Shown: positions 36,378-44,786 of the stretch, piece after piece | Layout of the letters: each line of letters opens with the position of its first letter | Position numbering within the stretch: position 1 is the first letter of the stretch | IMG/VR virus record: IMGVR_UViG_3300025735_000007 | Location: 32,001-96,000 of that record | DNA: 64,000 bases | Source of the DNA: a virus | Lineage: Duplodnaviria > Caudoviricetes | Direction: 5' to 3' (one strand) | Program-made: the position numbers and the translations under genes | Notes under the pieces: generated by a model | What the model saw: the letters and a program-made list of their open reading frames with translations, nothing else | Database searches by the model: none | What the model was told of the DNA's origin: nothing

Positions 36378-37085
36378 TCAATTGAATGGGCCAGCGCCGC
36401 CAAAATCCAAACCGTCTAGCGGGTCGATTAGGTGTGCGCCGTCAGTGTCGGAGCGATTGACCATTTGAGATACCGGGAACCATTCAAACGCGTCCGGCGG
36501 CACGCATGCGTTAAGTGCGAGCATGCGCGCCATCTCTGGTGTCGACTGAGCATCGAGCCATGTGCGCGCATCAGCCGCCGTGAAGACAACTGGCCGACGA
36601 TCGTGGATCACCGCCAGCTCGCCTTCAGCTGCGGTCGTCACGACCACAAAGCCGTCACCGTCGCGCGGCTCGGCACCGGGCTTGGTGCTGCACAAGCCCG
36701 CCATGTAGATCGGCTCACGGCTTTTCAGGCGAATGAAATACGGATGCTTCTTTCGGTCCTTCCCGACGATCCACTCGAACCAGCCATCGGCGGGGACGAC
36801 GACACGACCACTCTTCCATAGCCACTTCCAGGCCGATCCATCTGCCTTTTCGACGGTGGCATTGATCATCGGCTTCAGACCCTTGTCGGCGGCCCACTTC
36901 GGGCGGTATCCCCAATGCGCGCGGGCCGTAGTTCCGTTAGGGAAGATGATCAGTTGCCCTTTGCCCGGCGCTACGTTCCAGCTCGGGTGATGCGACGGAG
37001 GTTCGGGTTCCGCTCTACCGGTATCGGTCATCAGCGGAACGACGTAATCGAGTCCTGCACGAGCCAGAACGTATCGTCCGCACAT
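36378..37085 (-). CDS. SOS response-associated peptidase (SRAP/YedK/HMCES family), abasic-site protector
   Basis: N-terminal MCGRY, NVAP, WG..P.W, PADGWFEW, IHDRRPV. Confidence 0.92.
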   Translation of the reverse strand: MCGRYVLARAGLDYVVPLMTDTGRAEPEPPSHHPSWNVAPGKGQLIIFPNGTTARAHWGYRPKWAADKGLKPMINATVEKADGSAWKWLWKSGRVVVPADGWFEWIVGKDRKKHPYFIRLKSREPIYMAGLCSTKPGAEPRDGDGFVVVTTAAEGELAVIHDRRPVVFTAADARTWLDAQSTPEMARMLALNACVPPDAFEWFPVSQMVNRSDTDGAHLIDPLDGLDFGGAGPFN

Positions 37086-37159
37086 GCGCTTCTCCTGACG
37101 TGCTGAAACAGGCGTGGCTAGGGTGTTATTTCTGGCACGCCTGCCTGCGTCAGATCCAT

Positions 37160-37525
37160 GCCTGGTAACACCAAACCGCGGCTTCGGGTAACAAAATTGG
37201 TGACAGCCGAGAAATGCTAGGGGGCTGGCCGCGCTTGTCGGGCACTTGCGCCGTCACGGAATAGGAATGATAGACTGCTTCGACAAGAGGTCCGAGAGGA
37301 CCTCCTTGTCGAAACGCCATGGAATCGGCGGTGCCTCGACAGCCGCGCGAACATGCGCGATGAACGCCTTGCGCGCTATCTCGCGACCGCCGAGCGACGC
37401 CAGATGCGACGTGTTCTGCTGGCAGTCTATCAACGCTAGCGTAAAAAAATCCTTATAAATCAATCGCTTGGTTTGACTGTTTTGGCAAAAAAGTCGCCCA
37501 AGCGGTAACAAAAACGGTAACACGA
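37160..37525. other. Putative attP: arm-type repeats, IHF site and host-gene fragment
   Basis: GGTAACA at 37164, 37187, 37504, 37516 and GGTGACA at 37199; IHF consensus AATCAATCGCTTG 37458-70; directly upstream of the integrase. Confidence 0.7.
37254..37433 (-). pseudogene. aat: 3' fragment of leucyl/phenylalanyl-tRNA-protein transferase gene carried in attP
   Basis: [28 protein letters not shown]...PPIPWRFDK matches the Aat C-terminal motif IDCQ....H.ASLG..EI.R; the 5' part is absent. Confidence 0.75.
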
Positions 37526-37545
37526 AAATCAGCACGGGATCAATT

Positions 37546-38811
37546 GTGTCAAAGCTCAACAACCGCATCATCGAACGAGCCAAACCAAGCCCACGTGACA
37601 AGTATATTGCGGACGGCGATGGTTTGTTTCTTCGCATAACGCCGAACGGAACAAAAACTTTCTGCTTTCGCTACACATGGGGCAAGAAGCGGCGGCTTCT
37701 GTCGCTCGGGCCATTTCCGATTCTTTCGATTGCAGAAGCACGGGAGAGGGCGAACGAAGCTCGGCGGCAAATTTTCCTCGGGGTTGACCCTATCGAGCAC
37801 GCTCAGGCCAAACCGGCCCAGCCGGACTGCCCGACTGTCAGAACTCTGATCGCTAACTGGGCCGATCGGTATGCCAAGACCAACTACAAGCGTCTCGACA
37901 CGCAACTCCGGATGATTGAGAAAGACATCCTGCCAGTTATCGGCTCGGTGCCGGTCAAGGACATTACAAAAAAGCATGTCTCCCAAGTCATCAACAGGGT
38001 GGTGGACCGCGGCGCGAAGGTGAAAGCGAACAGAGTGCTTTCTCTCATGAAGACAATCTTCGGTTATGCGGTCGAGCACGGAGAGATCGACGAATCGCCC
38101 GTCACGATGACGAGGAAAGGGGCGGGTGGGAGGGAAAGGCCGAAGAACCGCGTGCTCGGCGCAGATGAGATCAAGGTCTTCTGGACGGCGATCGAGACCC
38201 ATTCAGGGTTTATGAGCTGGCGCACAAAACGCATCCTGCACCTAATCCTCTTAACCGCTCAGCGTCCGGGTGAGGTTGCAGGAATGATGTGGGACCATGT
38301 GGACCTCAAAAAAGGGATCTGGCAGCTACCGGCAGAACTGGTCAAATCCGAGCGTAACCATGTCGTTCATTTGTCAGAGCAAGCTGTCAAGATTCTTGAG
38401 TTCGCGCGAGGGCGATCGGCCGGGGGCCGTTATGTTTTTCCTAGCGCAAGGGAGAAGGGGAAACCAACAGGGACGCAGACGCTGTCCTTGGCGCTGCTCC
38501 GGATGTTTAAAAATGGGGAGTTCAATGCCATGAAGCCCTTCACACCTCACGACCTGCGACGGACGGCGGCTACGCGAATGGCTGACATATCGGTGCACGC
38601 CCACATTGTGGAGAAAATCCTGAATCACAAAATGAAAGGCGTTATGGCCGTCTACAACTATGCGGAGTATCTGGACGAGCGCCAGCAGGCCCTTATCGCC
38701 TGGGGTAACTGCGTTGCTCGCTACGCTGATGTCTGGTCGACGGAGGCCGCAAACGGCAACGGCCCATGTGTTCCTGAAGATGTGTCGGCCGAGTCAAGCG
38801 GTGGACGGTAG
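37546..38811 (+). CDS. int: Tyrosine integrase with N-terminal arm-binding domain (P4-like)
   Basis: [20 protein letters not shown] arm domain; TAQRPGE, K, HDLRRT, LNH, VYN catalytic set. Confidence 0.93.
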   Translation: MSKLNNRIIERAKPSPRDKYIADGDGLFLRITPNGTKTFCFRYTWGKKRRLLSLGPFPILSIAEARERANEARRQIFLGVDPIEHAQAKPAQPDCPTVRTLIANWADRYAKTNYKRLDTQLRMIEKDILPVIGSVPVKDITKKHVSQVINRVVDRGAKVKANRVLSLMKTIFGYAVEHGEIDESPVTMTRKGAGGRERPKNRVLGADEIKVFWTAIETHSGFMSWRTKRILHLILLTAQRPGEVAGMMWDHVDLKKGIWQLPAELVKSERNHVVHLSEQAVKILEFARGRSAGGRYVFPSAREKGKPTGTQTLSLALLRMFKNGEFNAMKPFTPHDLRRTAATRMADISVHAHIVEKILNHKMKGVMAVYNYAEYLDERQQALIAWGNCVARYADVWSTEAANGNGPCVPEDVSAESSGGR

Positions 38812-38818
38812 ACAAAGA

Positions 38819-38845
38819 AAAGCCCTGTTCAGCGACAGGGCTTTA
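38819..38845. terminator. Likely bidirectional terminator between convergent int and repressor
   Basis: AAAGCCCTGT-loop-ACAGGGCTTT. Confidence 0.65.
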
Positions 38846-38869
38846 AAGGGGAGGTGCTTTTCTGCAACA

Positions 38870-39325
38870 TCACTCCGCAGTCTTGGAGCGATTCAGCTTT
38901 GTCGGATGCTTGTGATGTTCCTTCAAAGCGGCGCGGATGGCTGCGTTCAACTTCGGGTCGCTAAAGTCAATGCCGGCCCCGTCGGTTTCTTCATCGACGA
39001 TTTTCTGGAATGCCTGCTGTGTCGGGGTGATATACCGGTCGCCGACTACCTTCTCAATGACCTCCCATGCTTCAGGCATGTATTCGGTCATCACGATGCG
39101 CAGTAGGTTAGCTGGGTCGAGGCCAAGAGACAGCGCCATCGCATTAACCTTGTTGATAGGCAGCTTCGACTTGCCCTGCTTGAACATCGTAATGATGTTC
39201 GGGTTCTCATAACCTAGTTCCTGCGTGATCTGGCGCTGAGTCTTCCCGCTCATGTCGATCGCGCGCTCTAAATACTCGGCGACCGTCAACTTCGTTGCTC
39301 GTGGCTTTGCCTGTTTCGCGGCCAT
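38870..39325 (-). CDS. XRE-family HTH regulator, candidate master repressor
   Basis: KTQRQITQELGYENPNIITMFKQGKSKLP HTH; divergent from the early operon; palindromes in its upstream region. Confidence 0.8.
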   Translation of the reverse strand: MAAKQAKPRATKLTVAEYLERAIDMSGKTQRQITQELGYENPNIITMFKQGKSKLPINKVNAMALSLGLDPANLLRIVMTEYMPEAWEVIEKVVGDRYITPTQQAFQKIVDEETDGAGIDFSDPKLNAAIRAALKEHHKHPTKLNRSKTAE

Positions 39326-39355
39326 GTGGACCTCCCTCTCGTTATTTGGATACGT

Positions 39356-39557
39356 TCAGTAACGCATGACTTTCCGACTGACGGGGAACATCAATAAGCA
39401 ATGACTGATGCTACCCTGATGCGAGCAATTATAGACAACAATTCTGCGTGCCAAGCAGATTAGCCCGGCATTTGTTCAGGAATTGAAAACAGAGAGCGTC
39501 GTTCTGGTTTCGATGGAACCTTATGTGCGCTCTATAATATAAGTCATCGGTTACATA
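39356..39557. promoter_or_regulatory. Divergent control region with three operators
   Basis: TCAGTAA CGCA TGACTTT 39356-73; TCAATAA GCAA TGACTGA 39391-408; TAAGTCA TCGG TTACATA 39540-57 next to TATAAT 39533-38. Confidence 0.65.
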
Positions 39558-39598
39558 TCTGACAAACCGAAAATCAACCACAGAGGAATAGACCAGCC

Positions 39599-39838
39599 AT
39601 GCTGCAGAACTTCACCATCGTCCCCCTGAGCAACGAGCAGGCAATCGTTCTGCGTGCTGAGACGATTGACGTCGGAAGCACACTGGACGGGGGTTCGATG
39701 CAATCGACCATCTGCCGGCATCCCGAATTCGGCAATCTGATCGTCATTGAGAACACCTGTGGTTCCTCCGCCGTAGCGCTCGATAAATCGCACATTGAGA
39801 AGTTGAGCAACCGGTTATCTCCGCGCCCGACGAACTGA
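39599..39838 (+). CDS. Small hypothetical protein
   Basis: GAGGA RBS; TATAAT at 39533-38 upstream. Confidence 0.5.
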   Translation: MLQNFTIVPLSNEQAIVLRAETIDVGSTLDGGSMQSTICRHPEFGNLIVIENTCGSSAVALDKSHIEKLSNRLSPRPTN

Positions 39839-39911
39839 CCGCCGAGAGTCGGTCGATAGACTCTTAATTGTCAATTTACAAAGCGTTGTTAATTCATCAA
39901 AGGGGCGACGA

Positions 39912-42155
39912 ATGCAAGTCAACAGCCGGGTTCTGATCATGCGCGAGGCGATCACCAAGATCGTTCCGATGTTAACTCAGCGATCAGTTAAGGTAACGCA
40001 GCAGGGCACGCAAGCGTTCGTCTCCTACAACCGCAAGACGTTGGCAATCGAGCGGGTGAATCTGCCCTATATCCCTGAAGACGCGAGTAACGAACTTCTC
40101 GACGCCACGCAGGGCTTCCTGGACCACGAAGTAGGGCACATCCTGTTCACCGAGCAGAGCATCGTCCTGAAGGCCGAGAAGCTCAAGGTCCACACGCTGC
40201 ACAACATGATCGAGGACACGTTCGTCGAGCGGCGCATGGGCGAGCAGTTCCCCGGTTGCGGCGCAAACCTCACCCGCATGCACGGCTTCTTCCTGGCCGA
40301 ATACATCGACACCCAACTGAAGGAAAAGCCGGAGCACTCGGCCGCGATCCTGATGGTCGTCGCGATCCGCGCATGGGCGGGCCAGCCGGCGTTCATCGAC
40401 TACATGGCAGACAAGTGGGGGCTGATGAAGGAGGTCGTCGACCGTCTCGGCAAGGACTTCCCGAAGATGCTGCGCAATGTGCAGAGCTCGGCAGATGGTC
40501 TGAAGGTGGCGCTCGAAGCGAAGAAGCGCCTCGAGCCGAAGCCGGTTCCGAAAGCGCCGCCGCCACCGCCCGCACCCCCGCCGCCGGCACCGCCGAGTCC
40601 GCCGGAAGAGCCGAGCGAAGAGCCGCAGCCCGGAGCGGGCAGCCCCGGTGAGCCGGGCGACGAAGAAGACCCGGGCCAGCCTGGCGACATGCCGCCGCTG
40701 CCGGGCGATGAGCCACCCGAAGGTGAGGAAATACAGGAGCCCGTGCTGCCGCCCGAAGACGCTACCGCTGAAGAGCCGGCGCAAGAGCCTGCTGAAGAAC
40801 CTGGCGCGGAACCCGCGCAGTCTGAAGAGCCCACAGCCGAAGCACCGGCGGGCGAGCCGGCCGACGAGGGAGATGAAGACGAGGGTGACTCGGACCCGGG
40901 CGCAATGTCGGGCGCAGCCGGTGGGGAGTCGACCGAGGACGATGAAGAAGAGCAAGGCGATGGAGCGGGCGACGGTATGGCGGGCGGCGACGCGTCGGGT
41001 GACACCAGCGAATCGGACGACGGCGATGCCGGGGGCGAAGACGAGAATGGGTCGCGCAGCGCGCCGACTTCGGGCGCTGAAAAGAGCGTCCCGGGCGGCA
41101 CGCCGGAAGAGGGCGCCAGTGACTCGAGCGGCACGATCGGCGAGTCGGACCCCGAGCGTGACCTGTTCAAGGAAATCGCCGAAGCCCCGATCAAGGACTT
41201 CGACGAGGCCGCGAGCGACGCGCTCTCGAAAGAGGCCCGGGAAGCCACCCGCAACGCTGCTTATTCGGTTTTCACGCGCGACGAGGACAACCTCGAGGTG
41301 CTGGAAGTGCCAGCCGAGTTCGATCAGGCGACGGTCGTGGAAATGCAGAAGCAGGTCGACCACATGATCGGCCCGCTTCAGAAAGACCTGCAGCGCGCTA
41401 TCGCTGCGCGCTCGGCGTCAATCTGGACCGGTGGGCACCGGCGCGGCCAGTTGCACGGCGCGTCGCTCGCCCGGGTGCTGACCGGCCGCGACGACGTGTT
41501 TCGCCAGAAGCAGGTGAGCCGCACGAAGGACGTGGCGGTAGAACTGGTGGTCGATGCGTCGGGCTCGATGTGGCGCAGGGGCAAGATAGTCGTCGCCGCC
41601 TACGCCGCTTATGCGCTGTCGGCCGTGCTCGACAACATCGGCATCGCGAACGAGGTGGTCGCCTTCAGCACGAAGGACTTCAGCAGCAAGACGGCGCGGG
41701 CCATGCGGGAGGAGGCGGTGGAGCATGGTCTGAACTACTCGCGCACCGCCGCGCTGGACATTCGCATTCTAAAGGCGTTCAACGAGCGGATGACGCCCGC
41801 GACGCGCCGGCGCTTCGCGATGCTTTCGACCGGCGGCGAAATGATGGAAGAGAACGTCGACGGCGAGTCCGTGCAACTGGCGAACCACCGTCTCCAGCAG
41901 CAGCGCTCTGCCCGCAAGGTCATGATGGTGCTCTCGGATGGGATGCCAGCATGCGGCGGGGGCTTGTCCCCGATCCTCAACGAGCATCTGAAGTCAGTGG
42001 TCAAGCAGATCGAGGCTCGCGGCACCGATGTCGTAGCGCTCGGCATTCTCGACGAATCGGTGAAGAAGTTTTACAGGCGCGCGATCGTCCTGAACTCGGT
42101 CGAGGATCTGCCGCGCGTCGTGATGCATGAATTGCACAAACTCCTCGTGCATTAA
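39912..42155 (+). CDS. CobT-like protein: HEXXH N-domain, acidic/Pro-rich linker, C-terminal VWA
   Basis: DHEVGH..N.IED; DASGSM MIDAS and LSDG. Confidence 0.85.
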   Translation: MQVNSRVLIMREAITKIVPMLTQRSVKVTQQGTQAFVSYNRKTLAIERVNLPYIPEDASNELLDATQGFLDHEVGHILFTEQSIVLKAEKLKVHTLHNMIEDTFVERRMGEQFPGCGANLTRMHGFFLAEYIDTQLKEKPEHSAAILMVVAIRAWAGQPAFIDYMADKWGLMKEVVDRLGKDFPKMLRNVQSSADGLKVALEAKKRLEPKPVPKAPPPPPAPPPPAPPSPPEEPSEEPQPGAGSPGEPGDEEDPGQPGDMPPLPGDEPPEGEEIQEPVLPPEDATAEEPAQEPAEEPGAEPAQSEEPTAEAPAGEPADEGDEDEGDSDPGAMSGAAGGESTEDDEEEQGDGAGDGMAGGDASGDTSESDDGDAGGEDENGSRSAPTSGAEKSVPGGTPEEGASDSSGTIGESDPERDLFKEIAEAPIKDFDEAASDALSKEAREATRNAAYSVFTRDEDNLEVLEVPAEFDQATVVEMQKQVDHMIGPLQKDLQRAIAARSASIWTGGHRRGQLHGASLARVLTGRDDVFRQKQVSRTKDVAVELVVDASGSMWRRGKIVVAAYAAYALSAVLDNIGIANEVVAFSTKDFSSKTARAMREEAVEHGLNYSRTAALDIRILKAFNERMTPATRRRFAMLSTGGEMMEENVDGESVQLANHRLQQQRSARKVMMVLSDGMPACGGGLSPILNEHLKSVVKQIEARGTDVVALGILDESVKKFYRRAIVLNSVEDLPRVVMHELHKLLVH

Positions 42156-42169
42156 ACAGCCTGCTCGGA

Positions 42170-42219
42170 TAAGTAAGCGTTGACTTGACGATGCCATAAG
42201 TCACCGCTTACTATATAGT
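42170..42219 (+). promoter_or_regulatory. Tandem operators upstream of the AAA+/sigma/dnaE operon
   Basis: TAAGTAA GCGT TGACTTG 42170-87; TAAGTCA CCGC TTACTAT 42197-214. Confidence 0.7.
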
Positions 42220-42271
42220 CTGTAACGAATGCAGCGAATTTCAAATTTACGTGATCATCACGGAGGATTTC

Positions 42272-43483
42272 ATGAGTGAATTGGGCGACAAGATCAAGTG
42301 CGCGGAATGCGGCGCACTGACCCACGCAATCCAGCTGCACCTGCCCGAAGCCCATCCGGGCATGACCGTCGCGGACTACCGCGCGAAATACCCGAACGAA
42401 TCGATCCTCTCGGCGCGCGCTGAGGCTGAACTCGCCCGCCGCGAAGCCGCAAAGGCTGCGCCGGCCGTTGCCGTCACCGAAGGCATGGCAGGTAGCGCGC
42501 TGCCCGCTAACGTGGTCGCGCTGAACCCCGAAGGCAAGACCACGGGCACGCTGCACGCCACGTTCGGGCTTCTCGACGGAGCCGGTAACGCGGTGGCGGC
42601 AGCGCTGAACGGTCGCAAAGAGCCGATCCCGGTCACGATCTTCGCGTCGCCGGCCTACGCCGAGCTCGTGCCGGATGTCGACCCCGGCTTCATTTTCGAC
42701 ATCGACAACCTGAAGAACGCCCTGATGGCGATTGAGCTCCGCAAGAACCTCTACGTGTGGGGTCACGCCGGGACGGGTAAGACGACCCTGATTGAACAGA
42801 TTTGCGCGCGCACTGGCCGCCCGGTTATGCGCGTGCAGCACTCGATCGGCACCGAAGAATCGCACGTCCTCGGTCAGTGGGTGGTGCGCGGCGGGCAGAC
42901 GGAATTCCAGCCGGGCCTGCTCCCGCTTGCAATGCGCAACGGGTGGACCTACCTCGCCGACGAATACGACTTCGGTAACCCGGCCGTGCTAGCGGTGTAT
43001 CAGCCGATTCTGGAGCCGGGTAAGTCACTGGTTATTAAAGACGCGCCGGACGAATGGCGCGTGGTCAAGCCGCACGAGAACTTCCGCTTCGTGGCGACGG
43101 GCAACACGAACGGCTCGGGCGACGACACAGGCCTGTATCAGGGCACCCAGATCCAGAACGCCGCGAACTACGACCGTTTCGGCATGGTGCTCGAGGCGAC
43201 CTACATGAAGGCCGAGCTCGAGTCGGCGATTCTCGTCAACCGCGCGAAGGTGAAGAAGGAACACGCCGACAAGCTGGTCGACTTCGCCAACCGTGTGCGC
43301 GAGTCCTACAAGAACAAGGAAGTCTCGAACACGATCAGCCCGCGATGCCTGATCGACGCGGCCGACATCGGTCTGCGCAAGGGCAGCTGGCGAGCCGGCC
43401 TGACCCTCTCCTTCATCAACAAGCTCTCCGCGGTGGACCGCGCTGTCATTGACGGCGTTGCATCGCGCGTTTTCGACAAGTAA
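42272..43483 (+). CDS. CobS/MoxR-like AAA+ ATPase with N-terminal zinc finger
   Basis: CAEC..H...H then GMTVADYR; GHAGTGKT, LADEYD, FRFVATGN, DRF. Confidence 0.88.
   Translation: MSELGDKIKCAECGALTHAIQLHLPEAHPGMTVADYRAKYPNESILSARAEAELARREAAKAAPAVAVTEGMAGSALPANVVALNPEGKTTGTLHATFGLLDGAGNAVAAALNGRKEPIPVTIFASPAYAELVPDVDPGFIFDIDNLKNALMAIELRKNLYVWGHAGTGKTTLIEQICARTGRPVMRVQHSIGTEESHVLGQWVVRGGQTEFQPGLLPLAMRNGWTYLADEYDFGNPAVLAVYQPILEPGKSLVIKDAPDEWRVVKPHENFRFVATGNTNGSGDDTGLYQGTQIQNAANYDRFGMVLEATYMKAELESAILVNRAKVKKEHADKLVDFANRVRESYKNKEVSNTISPRCLIDAADIGLRKGSWRAGLTLSFINKLSAVDRAVIDGVASRVFDK
43021..43038. promoter_or_regulatory. Intragenic operator in the AAA+ gene
   Basis: TAAGTCA CTGG TTATTAA, using AT-ending codons that are rare elsewhere. 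Confidence 0.5.
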
Positions 43484-43490
43484 TTCAGGA

Positions 43491-44144
43491 ATGACCATGC
43501 TGCAATCGGCCCAATCGACCAATGCCAACAAACGCACCTCGACACGCTACGAGGATCACACGGGGATGCTGCACACACTCGCCAGGCGTGGCTGGGGCCG
43601 GTTACTGGAGAACGGGCTCGACACGCCCTATGAGGATGTGTTCCAGCAGATGTGCGAGTCGTTCGTGAAGTGCCAGGCGACCTACGACGCGTCGAAGGGC
43701 TTCAGTTTCTCCGCGTATTACGGGCGCTCGGTCTGGAACAACTTCAACAAGTGGGCCGAGCGCATCATCGAGGAGAAGCACACGCTCGGTATGGTCAGTG
43801 TCGAATCGCTTTGCGGCAGTGACGAAGATGGCGAGCGCGACGTCTACGAGTTCATCGAGCAGAACGAGGACGACGCCGACGATTCGCCCGAAGAGCGCCT
43901 CGCCGCGCGTCAGGAGAGCCACCGGCTCGCCCGCATGCTCTCGGACGACGCCAAGCGTATCGTCGCGCTGCTCGTCAACCCGACCGCGGACCTGAACGCA
44001 TGGATGGACGCGCGCAACGCCCGCATGCTGAAGAAGTTCCAGCACATCAATATTTGGATGCTCGGCGAGTATCTGGGCTTGAAGCGCGACAAGACGGCGC
44101 GCCTGCGCCTGGAACTCGAACGCGTCTACGGGGTGACGCTGTAA
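43491..44144 (+). CDS. Sigma-factor-like protein
   Basis: EDVFQQMCESFVKCQATYDASKGFSFSAY resembles sigma70 region 2; possible C-terminal HTH. Confidence 0.55.
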   Translation: MTMLQSAQSTNANKRTSTRYEDHTGMLHTLARRGWGRLLENGLDTPYEDVFQQMCESFVKCQATYDASKGFSFSAYYGRSVWNNFNKWAERIIEEKHTLGMVSVESLCGSDEDGERDVYEFIEQNEDDADDSPEERLAARQESHRLARMLSDDAKRIVALLVNPTADLNAWMDARNARMLKKFQHINIWMLGEYLGLKRDKTARLRLELERVYGVTL

Positions 44145-44758
44145 TGGTCCACCCGAGCTGCTTCGGCCTGCCGTCCGTCTTCGTGGCGACGCTGCCGGCG
44201 TGCGTCGCGTGCGCCTCGCGCGTGCGCTGCATCCCGACCTGCCACGCGATGCTCGTCTCGCTGTCCGACAAGATCGACGTGACGGCACCGCTCGCGCAGC
44301 TTGAACGCACTGCCAAGGTCGTGACTGCGCAGTCGATCCCTGCAACCGACGTTGAAACGACGATCGCGGCACCGATGCCCGCCGCGGTGCGGGTGAATTT
44401 GGCTATCGGTGCACCCGAACAGACCGCGCTCGCAGCGCTGCCGGTGCGCGCGGCCAAGGTGCTCAAGCCCTTACTCGCCCGTGGTGGAGACGTCAGGGCG
44501 AGGCTCGCGCTCGCGAAAGGGCAGAACCCCTTTGACGCCGATGCGCCGCGCTGGCTGCAATTCGCGGGCGAGCGCCTGATTGCCGGCCGGTTCACGAAAG
44601 CCGGGCTGCGCGAAGCATTCGTGAAGGAATACGGCTGGTCAGAGGCGACCGCCTTCTCACGCGTGTCCCTTGTCGTCGCGCTGATCCCGACGCTGCGGCT
44701 CGGGCACGTCGTGGGCGATACCGTGCTGTGTGCGCCGACGCCCGCCCGCGATCATTAA
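44144..44758 (+). CDS. Hypothetical protein with N-terminal Cys cluster
   Basis: PSCFG...CVAC...C...C; coupled start. Confidence 0.55.
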   Translation: MVHPSCFGLPSVFVATLPACVACASRVRCIPTCHAMLVSLSDKIDVTAPLAQLERTAKVVTAQSIPATDVETTIAAPMPAAVRVNLAIGAPEQTALAALPVRAAKVLKPLLARGGDVRARLALAKGQNPFDADAPRWLQFAGERLIAGRFTKAGLREAFVKEYGWSEATAFSRVSLVVALIPTLRLGHVVGDTVLCAPTPARDH

Positions 44759-44786
44759 TTTCTAGTCACACGAACAGGGGAACGAG

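Noticed and set aside
37254-37637. 127-aa minus-strand ORF as an independent gene
   Set aside because: The 5' half is antisense to int and runs through att arm sites; only the 3' part is Aat-like, consistent with an attP fragment
39984-41363. Long antisense ORFs here and elsewhere (e.g. 14332-15846, 44766-46325, 60744-62213)
   Set aside because: Shadow frames of high-GC coding genes, lacking RBS or recognisable motifs
39912-43483. Cobalamin biosynthesis (cobS/cobT) as auxiliary metabolic genes
   Set aside because: No cobN or other cob genes; extra HEXXH and zinc-finger domains point to a different role
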